Shown here: in pieces, positions 11,299 to 21,366 of the stretch | How the letters are laid out: each line of letters starts with the position of its first letter | Numbering within the stretch: the first letter of the stretch is position 1 | Notes under the pieces: generated by a model | What the model was told of the DNA's origin: nothing | The model's database searches: none | The model's input: only the letters and a program-made list of their open reading frames with translations | Position numbers and translations under genes: made by a program | Source of the DNA: an uncultured Pseudomonadota bacterium | GTDB lineage: Bacteria > Pseudomonadota > Alphaproteobacteria > RF32 > CAG-239 | DNA: 64,000 bases | Direction of reading: 5' to 3' | NCBI GenBank assembly: GCA_902793695.1 | Contig: CADBEI010000010.1 | Location: 15,562 to 79,561 of the forward strand

Positions 11299-11383
11299 GT
11301 GCGCTAGGCCGGACTTGAACCGGCACGGGATAAATCCCAACAGATTTTAAGTCTGCAGCGTCTACCTGTTCCGCCACAAGCGC
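11297..11383 (-). tRNA. tRNA-Leu (anticodon TAA), class II with long variable arm, CCA encoded
   Basis: The reverse complement reads GCGCTTGTGGCGGAACAGGTAGACGCTGCAGACTTAAAATCTGTTGGGATTTATCCCGTGCCGGTTCAAGTCCGGCCTAGCGCACCA. It has a D-loop GG, anticodon loop CTTAAAA, a GGGA/TCCC variable stem, a GGTTCAAGTCC T-arm, and one U-U mismatch in the acceptor stem. Confidence 0.8.
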
Positions 11384-11551
11384 ATTGACTGTTATGCTTT
11401 ATACATAAAAATTTTTTATTTTGCAACATAAAACTTGTTTTTTTTTATAAAATATGCTTAATTATTTTCGGAAAGAGGAAGAACTTTCCTCTGATTAACT
11501 TTTGAACACGACAGAAACAGCGTTTCGGTGTTCTTTTAGGGGTGAACTTAA

Positions 11552-12259
11552 ATGAAACCGGCCAAAAATTCTCTTCATACTTTTATTTTTCCGAATATCA
11601 ATGAAGACGGGTGGAAATTTGTCAGCTCAGCTGCTCTTATTTCCGTTATTTTTACTTTAATTTGGTTTCCTTTAGGTTGTCTGTTTTTTGTTCTAACGGC
11701 TTGGTGTTTTTATTGTTTTCGCGATACGCCGCGGGTTACACCGATTTTATCGGGGGCGGTGATTGCGCCGGCCGACGGCTGTATTGTTTCCATCAATAAG
11801 GAAAAAGGACCTGATGCGCTCGGTTTGCAAAACAAAAACTTTACACGCATAACCATATACAGCAGTATATTTCATCAACACATCAATCGCATTCCCGTAA
11901 AATCAAAGGTTTATAAAACTTTTTATGATGCCGGCAAAAGTTTTACCGGAAATTTCGAAAAAGAAAACATTAAAAACGAGAAAATGTTGATTTGCCTGCG
12001 TCACAGCGAAGGTAAAGAGATTGTGTTGCAACAAACCGCGGTTTTTTGCAACAGAAGAATCAAAGATAAAATTAAATATGCTCAGGAATTTAATGCCGGA
12101 GAACGTTTCGGCTTTATGCGTTTCGGCGGATATACCGATATCTTTCTGCCGGAAAAAACCGAACCGCAGGTTTGCGTGGGACAAACAATGATTGCAGGAG
12201 AAACCATTATGGCCGATATTAAATCAGATGCACCTCGTATTGAAGGAGAAATAAGATAA
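11552..12259 (+). CDS. psd: Phosphatidylserine decarboxylase proenzyme (short PSD type)
   Basis: 235 aa with an N-terminal membrane anchor and conserved GERFGFMRFGGYTDIFLP near the C-terminus. Overlaps pssA (ATGA). Confidence 0.75.
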   Translation: MKPAKNSLHTFIFPNINEDGWKFVSSAALISVIFTLIWFPLGCLFFVLTAWCFYCFRDTPRVTPILSGAVIAPADGCIVSINKEKGPDALGLQNKNFTRITIYSSIFHQHINRIPVKSKVYKTFYDAGKSFTGNFEKENIKNEKMLICLRHSEGKEIVLQQTAVFCNRRIKDKIKYAQEFNAGERFGFMRFGGYTDIFLPEKTEPQVCVGQTMIAGETIMADIKSDAPRIEGEIR

Positions 12260-13083
12260 TGATTAAAAAAATTAAAACGGAAAACAATTCTGTTTTGCAA
12301 AAAAAATCCGAAATAAAGAAAAAAGCTATCGGTAAATTAAAAGAGGTACCATTCCGCAAGATGGCGCCGAATATCGTTACTTTAATGGCTTTATGTGCCG
12401 GTATTACCACCATCAGGTTCGCTATTATGGGCAAATGGACTTATGCTATTTTATGTATTTTCTTTGCTTGTATTTTTGACGGATTGGATGGTCGTGTTGC
12501 TCGCAAATTAAAAGCATCTTCAAAATTCGGGGCAGAACTTGACTCTTTATCTGATTTTGTGAGCTTCGGCGTGGCACCGGCTATTTTAATGTATCAATGG
12601 TCACTTCACGATTTGGCACATTGGGGTTGGATTCTTACTCTGGTTTTTTCGGCGGCTATGTCAATGCGTTTGGCGCGGTTTAATACCATGCTCGAAAACA
12701 CTTCAATTCCGGAATATTGGTCGCATTATTTTGTGGGTGTACCTGCTCCGATGGCGGCAGCAATTGGGGTTATGCCTTTGTTGATTTGGTTTGATAATAA
12801 AGAACTGGAATTTATTTTACGCAATCCGTATTTTTGTGGATTTATGATGTTTTTGGTGGCGTTTTTAATGGTCAGTCGTATCCCGACACTTTCTTTGAAA
12901 AAAACTAAAATCAGCAGCGATTGGTTTGTGCCGTTGATGGTTTTATTTGCCCTGTTTGTAAGTTGTTTAATAACAAAACCGTGGCTGACACTTGGGGTTT
13001 TCACACTCTGCTATGTTTTGACCATACCGCTTACAATTATACGATTCTTAAAAGAAAAAAAAGAGGCGGAAAAAGCCGAATAA
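12259..13083 (+). CDS. pssA: CDP-diacylglycerol--serine O-phosphatidyltransferase (CDP-alcohol phosphatidyltransferase family)
   Basis: 274 aa. Motif DGLDGRVARKL...GAELDSLSD(F)VSFGVAP and multiple TM helices. Confidence 0.85.
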   Translation: MIKKIKTENNSVLQKKSEIKKKAIGKLKEVPFRKMAPNIVTLMALCAGITTIRFAIMGKWTYAILCIFFACIFDGLDGRVARKLKASSKFGAELDSLSDFVSFGVAPAILMYQWSLHDLAHWGWILTLVFSAAMSMRLARFNTMLENTSIPEYWSHYFVGVPAPMAAAIGVMPLLIWFDNKELEFILRNPYFCGFMMFLVAFLMVSRIPTLSLKKTKISSDWFVPLMVLFALFVSCLITKPWLTLGVFTLCYVLTIPLTIIRFLKEKKEAEKAE

Positions 13084-13088
13084 CTCAA

Positions 13089-13117
13089 AGAAGTTCCCTG
13101 AAAAGGGAACTTTTTTA
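13089..13117. terminator. Bidirectional rho-independent terminator between pssA (+) and the Cys-rich ORF (-)
   Basis: aagttccct-gaaa-agggaactt hairpin flanked by an A-run and a T-run. Confidence 0.55.
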
Positions 13118-13392
13118 TATCAATCCACCAGTATGCAAACAATAGTTCTGACTTTTGAGATTATAATTTTTAAAAACCTCGCAAGTTGCGCATAAACAAC
13201 CGTTTGCCTCCAAAATGCAATCGCTCTTTTCGTATGCGCAAAACATCTTTTCGTAGTGTCCGGTGTTATCAAAATTTTTCATCAACTTTATGAAGTTTTG
13301 CGGGGCATTTTTCATTTTGCAATGATTGGTATATGACGGACATTTCATACACAAACACTTACTTAAATTTTCCAGATTTTTTTCAACTTTCA
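13115..13392 (-). CDS. Small cysteine-rich protein (about 92 aa, multiple CxxC or CxC pairs)
   Basis: The ATG at 13392 has a GAGGAG RBS (MKVEKNLENL...). The sequence contains CLCMKCPSYTNHC and CLCATCEVF. The upstream Met in the ORF track lacks an RBS. Confidence 0.5.
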
Positions 13393-13497
13393 TATTTTTT
13401 CTCCTCGACAAATAAATATTATGCGTCGGAATTTTTTCAAGTTGCAAAATTTAAATACGGTGTTTTTTTATGATTGGTTTTCTGATTTTTTGACGGA

Positions 13498-13782
13498 TTA
13501 TATGCGTTTAAACACACCGTTTTCTATTGGTGGAAGATATATTTTTAATTCGGGGGTTTCCTCTATTTTATCAACGCGTCCGAACAGCGGACCTTTATAT
13601 AAATACGCCTGCATTGCGTTTATTTTTTCTTCTTCACCCGACATCAAAACCAAAACGTCACCATCTGGTAAATTGCAGGCATAGCCGGAAATATCGCCGA
13701 TGGAATGAGCCAAACGGACAGCCCAAAAACGGAAACCGACTCCCTGTACGCGTCCGCTGATTTTTAAGCACCGCTCACTCAA
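13498..13782 (-). CDS. acyP: Acylphosphatase
   Basis: 94 aa with signature VQGVGFR and GxVxN-like motifs. Confidence 0.85.
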   Translation of the reverse strand: MSERCLKISGRVQGVGFRFWAVRLAHSIGDISGYACNLPDGDVLVLMSGEEEKINAMQAYLYKGPLFGRVDKIEETPELKIYLPPIENGVFKRI

Positions 13783-14267
13783 CTTTGCAAATACCTTTCA
13801 ATTTCATCCAAATCAGATTTTATCGACTGTCGCAAGTTTAGTGCTGCCACATCTTCACCCCATTTTTGATTTTGATAAAATTCTTCCAAAAAAGAGGCAT
13901 AAAGAGCGTCATCGGAGCTTATTTCTCGTTTTGCCAACAACAGTCCCAAAAGTACAGATTTCAGTTTTGAGGCCGCTAAAAAGCACGCCGTTAACTCTTT
14001 ATCCGACATATTATTCAAATGCTTTGCAAAATCATGAACCAAAGCGACATCTTCTTCCAAATATAATCCGGTTGTTGTCTTTACATTTAATTTAAATACA
14101 CCGTTCAGTTTATCTAAAAGCGGTTGCCAATGCTTTTTTTGAAAGGCTTGTAAATCAGGATTATCACTCCAAAAAAGCATTGTATCGGCAGACAAAAAGC
14201 GGCAAAGGTTGTTAATAACCTCCGTTCTTTTCGGTGCTATACTTTTTTGAAATTCAACAATATTCAT
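13779..14267 (-). CDS. ATP12-family (ATP synthase F1 assembly chaperone)-like protein, short form
   Basis: 162 aa. LLDKLNGVFKLNVKTTTGLYLEED and LTACFLAASKLKSVLLGLLLA resemble the conserved ATP12 C-terminal region. The assignment is from recall. Confidence 0.4.
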   Translation of the reverse strand: MNIVEFQKSIAPKRTEVINNLCRFLSADTMLFWSDNPDLQAFQKKHWQPLLDKLNGVFKLNVKTTTGLYLEEDVALVHDFAKHLNNMSDKELTACFLAASKLKSVLLGLLLAKREISSDDALYASFLEEFYQNQKWGEDVAALNLRQSIKSDLDEIERYLQS

Positions 14268-16417
14268 TATTTAAATAAACCTTTAAGTTGTTTACCCATT
14301 TCTTTGATTTGTTTGCCGGCGTCTTTTATGGTTTCTTTGGTATTGGTATAACCCTTGGAAACAGCTCCGGTAGCCGACTTATCTTCCGGAAAATAATCGG
14401 CATATATCGTTCCCTTCAAAGCGGTATGGCAAGGGGCGCTGTCGGCGGAAAGAACCATATCTCCGACATTGTATACACCGCCTGAGGCAATAATTCCGAT
14501 AACGTTTTTCGCAGTTGAAGTTTGATTTATACCAAGTTTCGGGTTTTTAATCGTGCCGGTAATTTTAACCAATCCGCCTAAAACATTGGAAATATTAACA
14601 TCTGTAATCTTACCGGAAAACGGCTGTAAATCCAGATTGATTTTATCGTTTTGCATATTGATTTTACCGTCGGCCACCAAATAAAAATCACTGGCATCAA
14701 CCGCTATACCTTTAGGAAATTTTACCACGCCGCCGGATATATCTCCATGTACCACCGCACACTTCATTTTGGTGTTTTTATTATTTACGTTGATATTAAC
14801 CATATTCAGCAGCTGCACAATAACGTTACCTTGCAACTTTTCCAAGCTTTTTATTTGTAAAACCGATTTATCAACCAAACCTATTATCTGTCCGTTCATA
14901 TTGGCAAGATACTGGTCGGTATTGCTACCGGAAGTATTTATTTTTACCAAAATATTTGACTTTCCGCCTTCTTTAATTAAAACTTCGTTATTGGCAGTGC
15001 TCAACGGCTTATAAAACTGCTGCAATATGATATTTTTACCGGTAATATCGGCACTCATGGTTTGATTGGTAGCGTTTAAACCGATATTACCGCTGATGGT
15101 TCCGCTGCCGGCGGTAATATTTTGAATAGCAACATTTAAAACACTCTTTTTAAGCGTAACGTTCAACCTGACATCATTGAGCGCCATATCATTGTTTAGT
15201 GTAAGTTTTTTCAAATTTGCGCTTATGTCGGCATTGGCCATTTTTAGGTATTGATAAGGTATGACCGTATTAGCCATCAGTTCAGATGCTTGCGCCGAAC
15301 CGATAAACCAATTTCCTAAATCGACTTTTTTATCTTCAGATTTTTTTACTTCATTTTTTTTTTGAAAATCCGTTAAATTAAAACCTTCACCTTTTATATT
15401 CAACTTTATATAAGGCAAGGCTTTAGGGGAGGTTATTTCCACATTTCCGGATATGGTGTTGTTTTTGAACACGGTGTTTTTGACATTAGCTTTAAATACA
15501 CCGTTCTTGACCGAGGCGTCGCCTTTAACATTGGTCAAAACAATATCATTATCCACCACAATTTTTTTAACATCTATATCGATATCGGCATTGACCATTT
15601 TCAGATAATCGTATGGAATTTGCGTATTCGGAATATAATCCGCCGCCGCAGCCGATTTTATGAACCAACCGTCTGAGAGCATCGCTTGTTTTTGCCCCGT
15701 AAAATCTTTTACGCTTATTTTTTCGCTGTCGGCATTTAATTTAATATAAGGTGTTTCATTTTCCAAACTTGCATTAATATTGCCGGATATTTTGTTGCTT
15801 TTATAAGTTATTTCATACTTTCCGTCAGCTTTTATTTTTTCTTTAAGACCATCAATATTTCCTGTAAAATCAAGCATATATCCGAGCGCATTGATAACCG
15901 CATCCACATCAATTGTATTAAATTCGGAATCTTTTATTTTGTTTAAAGAAGACAGCGTACCTTTTCCGGTTATATTTATATTTGCAACCGTGGTATCAAA
16001 ATCAAAACTTATCGGTGTATCCGAATTTTCTATCCCGGTGTTCAGATTATTAATCAAAACACTGTCTGTTTCGCCATAAAAAATTTCCGTATTGCCGGTT
16101 TTAATCTTATCAAGCACAACCTCTTTATGTATAAGAGGTATAATTGAAATCTGCACCAAGGCATTGCCGATACGAGCTAACTTCTTTTCTTCGCGATTTA
16201 CAGTCACATCACTTAATTCCAAACTCGGTTTCAAGGATACGCCGATGTCGATATCTCCGTCGATTTTTACATCCAAACCGGTATATTTATAAGCCATTTC
16301 CTCAATTTGCGGTTTGTATTTATTCAAATCGGCAAACTTCAAAAATCCGATGACACCACCGATTAAAATGACCGGAATTAAAACAATTATGCAAACTATC
16401 CATATAAATTTTTTCAT
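14267..16417 (-). CDS. AsmA-family outer-membrane biogenesis protein with an N-terminal anchor and internally duplicated segments
   Basis: ATG at 16417 with a GGAG RBS (MKKFIWIVCIIVLIPVILIGGVIGF). Repeated blocks IPYDYLKMVNADIDIDVKK and IPYQYLKMANADISANLKK. The C-terminal half is beta-rich. Confidence 0.65.
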   Translation of the reverse strand: MKKFIWIVCIIVLIPVILIGGVIGFLKFADLNKYKPQIEEMAYKYTGLDVKIDGDIDIGVSLKPSLELSDVTVNREEKKLARIGNALVQISIIPLIHKEVVLDKIKTGNTEIFYGETDSVLINNLNTGIENSDTPISFDFDTTVANINITGKGTLSSLNKIKDSEFNTIDVDAVINALGYMLDFTGNIDGLKEKIKADGKYEITYKSNKISGNINASLENETPYIKLNADSEKISVKDFTGQKQAMLSDGWFIKSAAAADYIPNTQIPYDYLKMVNADIDIDVKKIVVDNDIVLTNVKGDASVKNGVFKANVKNTVFKNNTISGNVEITSPKALPYIKLNIKGEGFNLTDFQKKNEVKKSEDKKVDLGNWFIGSAQASELMANTVIPYQYLKMANADISANLKKLTLNNDMALNDVRLNVTLKKSVLNVAIQNITAGSGTISGNIGLNATNQTMSADITGKNIILQQFYKPLSTANNEVLIKEGGKSNILVKINTSGSNTDQYLANMNGQIIGLVDKSVLQIKSLEKLQGNVIVQLLNMVNINVNNKNTKMKCAVVHGDISGGVVKFPKGIAVDASDFYLVADGKINMQNDKINLDLQPFSGKITDVNISNVLGGLVKITGTIKNPKLGINQTSTAKNVIGIIASGGVYNVGDMVLSADSAPCHTALKGTIYADYFPEDKSATGAVSKGYTNTKETIKDAGKQIKEMGKQLKGLFK

Positions 16418-17316
16418 TTTTTTATCTCCAATCCGAAAAACTGACAAGCGTCAACAAAGTGTTGCGGCAACGCTGCTCTGATAAGCGTTTTCTTCCCGTA
16501 AACAGATGTTAAATCTATTTCATAAGCGTGTAAATAAAGTTTGTCGGCAACTTCTTTCAGGCGTAATCTTTCCTTCCCAAAATATTTATCATCACCCAAA
16601 ATCGGCGTACCGATACTTTCCAAATGCACCCTTATTTGATGTGTGCGTCCAGTCAACGGCTTTGCTTCCACCAACGCATATTTTTTACCGATATTATCCA
16701 ATACCTTGATTTCCGTCAATGCTTTTTGACCGTCTTCAACAATCTGCATACGCTCACCTATTTTTTCCAGTGTAAAATTAATTACACCTTCGCGCGGTTC
16801 CGGACACCCTCTGACCAACGCCAAATATGTTTTTTGCAAACGGTGTTCACGAAAAGCCTTGGTTAAAATATCGGCATATTGACGATTACGCGCCAACAGC
16901 AATAATCCGCTGGTGTCTTTATCAATACGATGTACCAGTTTCGGTCGCTCGTTGTATTCAAATTTAAGAGCATCCAACAAACCATCAATATGACGCGTAG
17001 TATTAGTGCCACCCTGAACAGCAAGTCCGGACGGTTTATTCAATACGATGATATTTTTATCCTTAAAAATAACCATTGAATTAATATATTCAACATCTTT
17101 AGCGCTCAAAGTTTTATCGATAATTGCGGTTTTTTCATTATCAAGTGGCGGCAAGCGCAACTCCTGACCTGCTGCCAGACGGGTAGACGTTTCGGCTTTT
17201 TTACCGTCAACCTTTATTTGTTTGGTGCGCAATAACTTTTGCAATCGACTCAAACTCAAAGAAGGATATTTGCGTAAAAACCAACGATTTAAGCGAATTC
17301 CGTCATCTTCGGGCAC
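16414..17316 (-). CDS. rluC: 23S rRNA pseudouridine synthase, RluA family (RluC/RluD-like), with N-terminal S4 domain
   Basis: 300 aa with motif HRIDKDTSGLLLLAR and TGRTHQIRVHL. Confidence 0.85.
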   Translation of the reverse strand: MPEDDGIRLNRWFLRKYPSLSLSRLQKLLRTKQIKVDGKKAETSTRLAAGQELRLPPLDNEKTAIIDKTLSAKDVEYINSMVIFKDKNIIVLNKPSGLAVQGGTNTTRHIDGLLDALKFEYNERPKLVHRIDKDTSGLLLLARNRQYADILTKAFREHRLQKTYLALVRGCPEPREGVINFTLEKIGERMQIVEDGQKALTEIKVLDNIGKKYALVEAKPLTGRTHQIRVHLESIGTPILGDDKYFGKERLRLKEVADKLYLHAYEIDLTSVYGKKTLIRAALPQHFVDACQFFGLEIKK

Positions 17317-17680
17317 CTCCTTTTTTCTTGGTATTTATAACGCCGATTTTCAGCGGAATACTGCGTTTCAAACGTTTTCTTTCGGCTTTTCTATCAAATT
17401 TTTCCTGTTTTTTTCTATCAATCAACACCGGTACTTCAAATGAAAATAAATCTTTTTCATCATAAGTTCGTACTTTAACCGGAGGAACCTCGGTGATAAC
17501 AAAACCTTCCAAGCGTGATTTTTCTTGTTCCGTCAGGCTACTTTGTTTTTCACGCGGAATATATACCCGCCATTCCACATCTTTATGTTCCAACATTTTT
17601 AAGCGACGTTCTTCAGATATATCTTTAAAAAAATCATATTCCAAAATCATCGCAAATATTTTTTTATTCATCTCCGCCAT
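17303..17680 (-). CDS. Hypothetical protein with Lys/Arg-rich C-terminus
   Basis: 125-aa ORF overlapping the rluC start by 14 nt, which implies an operon. No recognisable motif. Confidence 0.4.
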   Translation of the reverse strand: MAEMNKKIFAMILEYDFFKDISEERRLKMLEHKDVEWRVYIPREKQSSLTEQEKSRLEGFVITEVPPVKVRTYDEKDLFSFEVPVLIDRKKQEKFDRKAERKRLKRSIPLKIGVINTKKKGGARR

Positions 17681-18969
17681 CCATATGTTTTGTCATTTGT
17701 TTTTGTTTTTCGGCGCGTAATTTATCAAAATATTCAATACGTTTTTTTATTTCACGCTCAAATCCGCGATCAACCGGATAATAAAATTTGCGTCGTGCCA
17801 TACCGTCCGGAAAATAATTTTGCCCAGAAAATCCGTCTTCCAAATCCTGATCATAGATATATCCGTCATGATATCCCAAGTCTTTCATCAACTTAGTCGG
17901 TGCATTCAAAATATGTTTCGGCGGCATTAAAGATCCGGTTTGTTTGGCTGCTTCATAAACCTTATACATAGCTTTATAAACACCGGCCGATTTCGGTGCC
18001 GTAGCTAAATAAGCCGTAAGCTGTAAAATAGCTAAATCTCCTTCAGGTGAACCTAAACGTTCATAGGTTTCCGAGCAGGCAATCGCTTGGGTTACGGCAT
18101 TGGGATCTGCCAGCGATACATCTTCAATCGAAAAACGTAATAAACGCCGCAAAATATAGCGCGGATCTTCACCGGCCACTAACATACGCCCCACCCAATA
18201 AAGCGCCGCATCAACATCGGAACCGCGCAAAGATTTATGTACTGCCGATATCAGATTATAATGTCCGTCGTTGCCTTTATCATAAATCGGTGCCCTCGAG
18301 CGAATTATGTTTATAATTTGGTCTTTTGTAAAAATTTCGCCTTTCTGTGCATACGACCATATATTTTCAGCTATATTCAATATATATCGTCCGTCACCGT
18401 CGGCAATATTCTTTATAAATTCACGGGCTTCATTCTTTTTCCGCACGTTGCAACAATTCCTCAAAATTGTCCGGTGTTAAACGATTAAGCACAAACACTT
18501 GACACCGTGACAGTAAAGCCGAATTTAATTCAAAGGATGGATTTTCGGTAGTTGCACCGACCAAAATTACCGTTCCGTCTTCAACATAAGGTAAAAAACC
18601 GTCTTGTTGCGATTTATTAAATCTGTGAATTTCATCTACAAATAATAATGTGCCTTTACCCTGACCGCTGCGGCGTTCTTTTGCATATTGAAAAACTTTT
18701 TTTAAATCGGCCACACCGGAAAACACCGCGGATATTTGTTCAAAATAAAGATTGGTATATTCGGCAATCAGGCGAGCTATTGTGGTTTTGCCGCAACCGG
18801 GAGGTCCCCATAAAATAAATGAGGTTATTTTGCCGGATTTAAGCATTCTGCCGATGGGAGCATCATCTCCCGTCAGATGATTTTGACCTACAACTTCTTC
18901 CAGTTTGCGCGGGCGCAATCTGTCGGCCAAAGGACGTTTAACATCTCCGGAAAAAAGCGTATCTTCCAT
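17664..18969 (-). pseudogene. rarA: Replication-associated recombination protein A (RarA/MgsA AAA+ ATPase), split by a frameshift
   Basis: The N-terminal fragment 18430..18969 carries Walker A GPPGCGKTT, Walker B LFVDEIHRF and sensor TTENPSF. The C-terminal fragment 17664..18464 is MgsA_C-like. The two frames overlap by 35 nt around a T5 (coding A5) run at 18436-18440. Confidence 0.7.
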
Positions 18970-18971
18970 TG

Positions 18972-20042
18972 CTATCTTTCATTTCCTTTGTTGGTGTTTA
19001 CTATTATTGAATTATCTTTATTTTTATTTACGTGTTCTTCCTGTCGTCTTTCCAACACTTCACGCTTATATTGTTCAATTGATTTTCTTAATTCATCATT
19101 ACTACTTTCTTTAGGCTCTTTTGCCTCTTTTTGTTCTCTTTTTTTATTATAATTTTCAATTATTTTTTCATCGGAATCCGGCTTTTTAAATTTTCCGATA
19201 ATTTCTTTACCTTTTTTTACCATGGTGGAAACATTTATATTTGCTTTGGTAGCATCAAATTCAAAACGTCCGTTACCGCCGTGAAACAGCTGCTCCAAAT
19301 CAATTCCGTTCATTTTGCTTTTTGACTTTTTCTTTTTCGGCGCCATCAATTTTTTCATTTCTTCCATGGTCGGAATATGGCCGATGGCTTGTTCAATCTG
19401 TGCCGGAGAAATTATACATTCACTCAAATCAAGTTCATATATATTTACCCCGAAAAAATTACATCCGGTAAAATCCACACCGCGCAAATTTACTTTACGC
19501 AAGTCAATTCTTTTTAAGTCAAGCATTGTTAAATTAAGTCGACTTAAATTCAATTTATGCGGATAATAAGTAGCCAGATATTCCACCAGCTCCTGTAATT
19601 CTTCCAAAGATAGATTATCCAAATCGGCATCAAGCAATATAGCGTCTTGTAAATCGGCATTCTTAAGAGTTACGCCGTGCATATGAGCGCCGGTAAAATT
19701 GGTTCCTATTAATTTTGCGCCGGTAAATACAGCTCCGTCCAACACAGAACCGCTTAAATCAGCACCACTCAAATCGGCACCGGTAAAATTAACATTTTTT
19801 AAATTGGCGTCGGTTAAAATTATTTCCTGCATATTACTGCCGGAAAAATCTGCACCTTCAAGATTCTCACCGCTGAAATTACCGCCTTGCAGAACTCTGC
19901 CGGTAAATATCAGGTTTTTATTAACTTCTTTTTCTTCATATTCTTCGGATAAATTGGCAATTGCGTGCCATGACTCGCTTGTTTGTAACGAAGCAGGTAT
20001 CTTATCTTTGTTTTTTTGATGTTTATCACCGTAATCAGTCAT
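18972..20042 (-). CDS. Pentapeptide-repeat protein with a long Lys/Glu-rich C-terminal tail
   Basis: Tandem A(D/N)LSG, NFTGA and DLSGA pentapeptides over about 200 aa. The tail is KKKKSKSK...KREQKEAKEPKE. The start is taken at MTDYGDK. Confidence 0.7.
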   Translation of the reverse strand: MTDYGDKHQKNKDKIPASLQTSESWHAIANLSEEYEEKEVNKNLIFTGRVLQGGNFSGENLEGADFSGSNMQEIILTDANLKNVNFTGADLSGADLSGSVLDGAVFTGAKLIGTNFTGAHMHGVTLKNADLQDAILLDADLDNLSLEELQELVEYLATYYPHKLNLSRLNLTMLDLKRIDLRKVNLRGVDFTGCNFFGVNIYELDLSECIISPAQIEQAIGHIPTMEEMKKLMAPKKKKSKSKMNGIDLEQLFHGGNGRFEFDATKANINVSTMVKKGKEIIGKFKKPDSDEKIIENYNKKREQKEAKEPKESSNDELRKSIEQYKREVLERRQEEHVNKNKDNSIIVNTNKGNER

Positions 20043-20106
20043 TATCCGAATCTTTCTTTCAAACAACAACTGTATTTTATATTATATTTTTTTAATTTAC
20101 AATTAT

Positions 20107-21366
20107 TTATTTTCTGTTTTTTATACAAAAACATATTATAATTAAGCTAGGTACGCTCATACAGGTAGATATTATAAAAAATATCTTCCATCCGACATAA
20201 GCGGCAACCACACCGCTGGTTGATGAAAAAATATCGCGGGAAGCACCCATTACCGACGATAAAAGTGCATATTGAGTCGCTGTATATGATTTATTACATA
20301 AAGAAGAAATATAAGCCACCAAAGCCGTCGTTGCTAAACCGGAAATAAAATTTTCCACCGTTACCACAATTATAAACAGAGGCATATTATGTCCGTACAT
20401 GGCTTGTAAAGAAAAAAGCATTGTTGATAAACATTGTAATATTCCAAAATATAACAAACCATTTTTAAGACCTATTTTATTTATAATCAATCCGCCTATA
20501 ATACCGCCGCTGATGGCTGCAATCATACCATAAAGTTTCATTACGTTGGCTATTTCTATTTTGGTAAATCCCATATCATCATAAAAAGGATTTATAACCG
20601 GATTAAAATAAGCATTACTTAAATGATACGTAAAAATAAGCAATAAAATCCAACCCCAATTTTGGTTTTGAATAAAGTTTTTCAACGGTTCCATTACCGA
20701 AGCATTAAAAAATTCGGCTATACTTCTTTTTTGTTTTCTGTAAGTATATTCAACAGCTTCCGATGTATATAAAATTGCTGCCAAACCTATAAAAATACCA
20801 CATGCCATAAATTTATATGCGGTATTCCAATCAAAAAGAGCCGCCAAATAAAGCGCACCGGCACCTGAATAAATCAACCCCAAGCGATATCCCAATACAA
20901 ATATTGCTACTCCGTTTGCCTGTCTATCCGGATTTTTTTCAAAACATTCTACACGATATGCATCAAGAACTATATCTTGTGAAGCCGATAAAAAAGCGGT
21001 AATAAAAGCCAAAAAAGCCATTAGACCGGTGTTTTTTGCCGGATTTATACATGACATCATAAAAATAGCCGAAAATAAGCATATTTGAATTATCAAAGCC
21101 CAAGAACGGCGTCTACCTATTTTATATATATATGGTAATTTTGTGTTATCAATAAACGGTGACCATAACCATTTTACGGAATAAGGTATTTTTACTAAAG
21201 AATATCCGCCGATTAAAGCTAAAGCTATACCTGCTTGTTTTAACCATAATGTAAGAGTACCGAAAACCAATAAAAAAGGAAAACCGCTGGAAAACCCCAG
21301 AGCCAATAATATAAGCATTTGTTTATTTATATATATTTCTTTTATTTTTTTAATATATTCAAGCAT
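20107..21366 (-). CDS. ampG: AmpG-family muropeptide MFS permease
   Basis: 419 aa, about 12 TM. The N-terminal motif LGFSSGFPFLLVFGTLTLWL is typical of AmpG. Confidence 0.75.
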   Translation of the reverse strand: MLEYIKKIKEIYINKQMLILLALGFSSGFPFLLVFGTLTLWLKQAGIALALIGGYSLVKIPYSVKWLWSPFIDNTKLPYIYKIGRRRSWALIIQICLFSAIFMMSCINPAKNTGLMAFLAFITAFLSASQDIVLDAYRVECFEKNPDRQANGVAIFVLGYRLGLIYSGAGALYLAALFDWNTAYKFMACGIFIGLAAILYTSEAVEYTYRKQKRSIAEFFNASVMEPLKNFIQNQNWGWILLLIFTYHLSNAYFNPVINPFYDDMGFTKIEIANVMKLYGMIAAISGGIIGGLIINKIGLKNGLLYFGILQCLSTMLFSLQAMYGHNMPLFIIVVTVENFISGLATTALVAYISSLCNKSYTATQYALLSSVMGASRDIFSSTSGVVAAYVGWKIFFIISTCMSVPSLIIICFCIKNRK

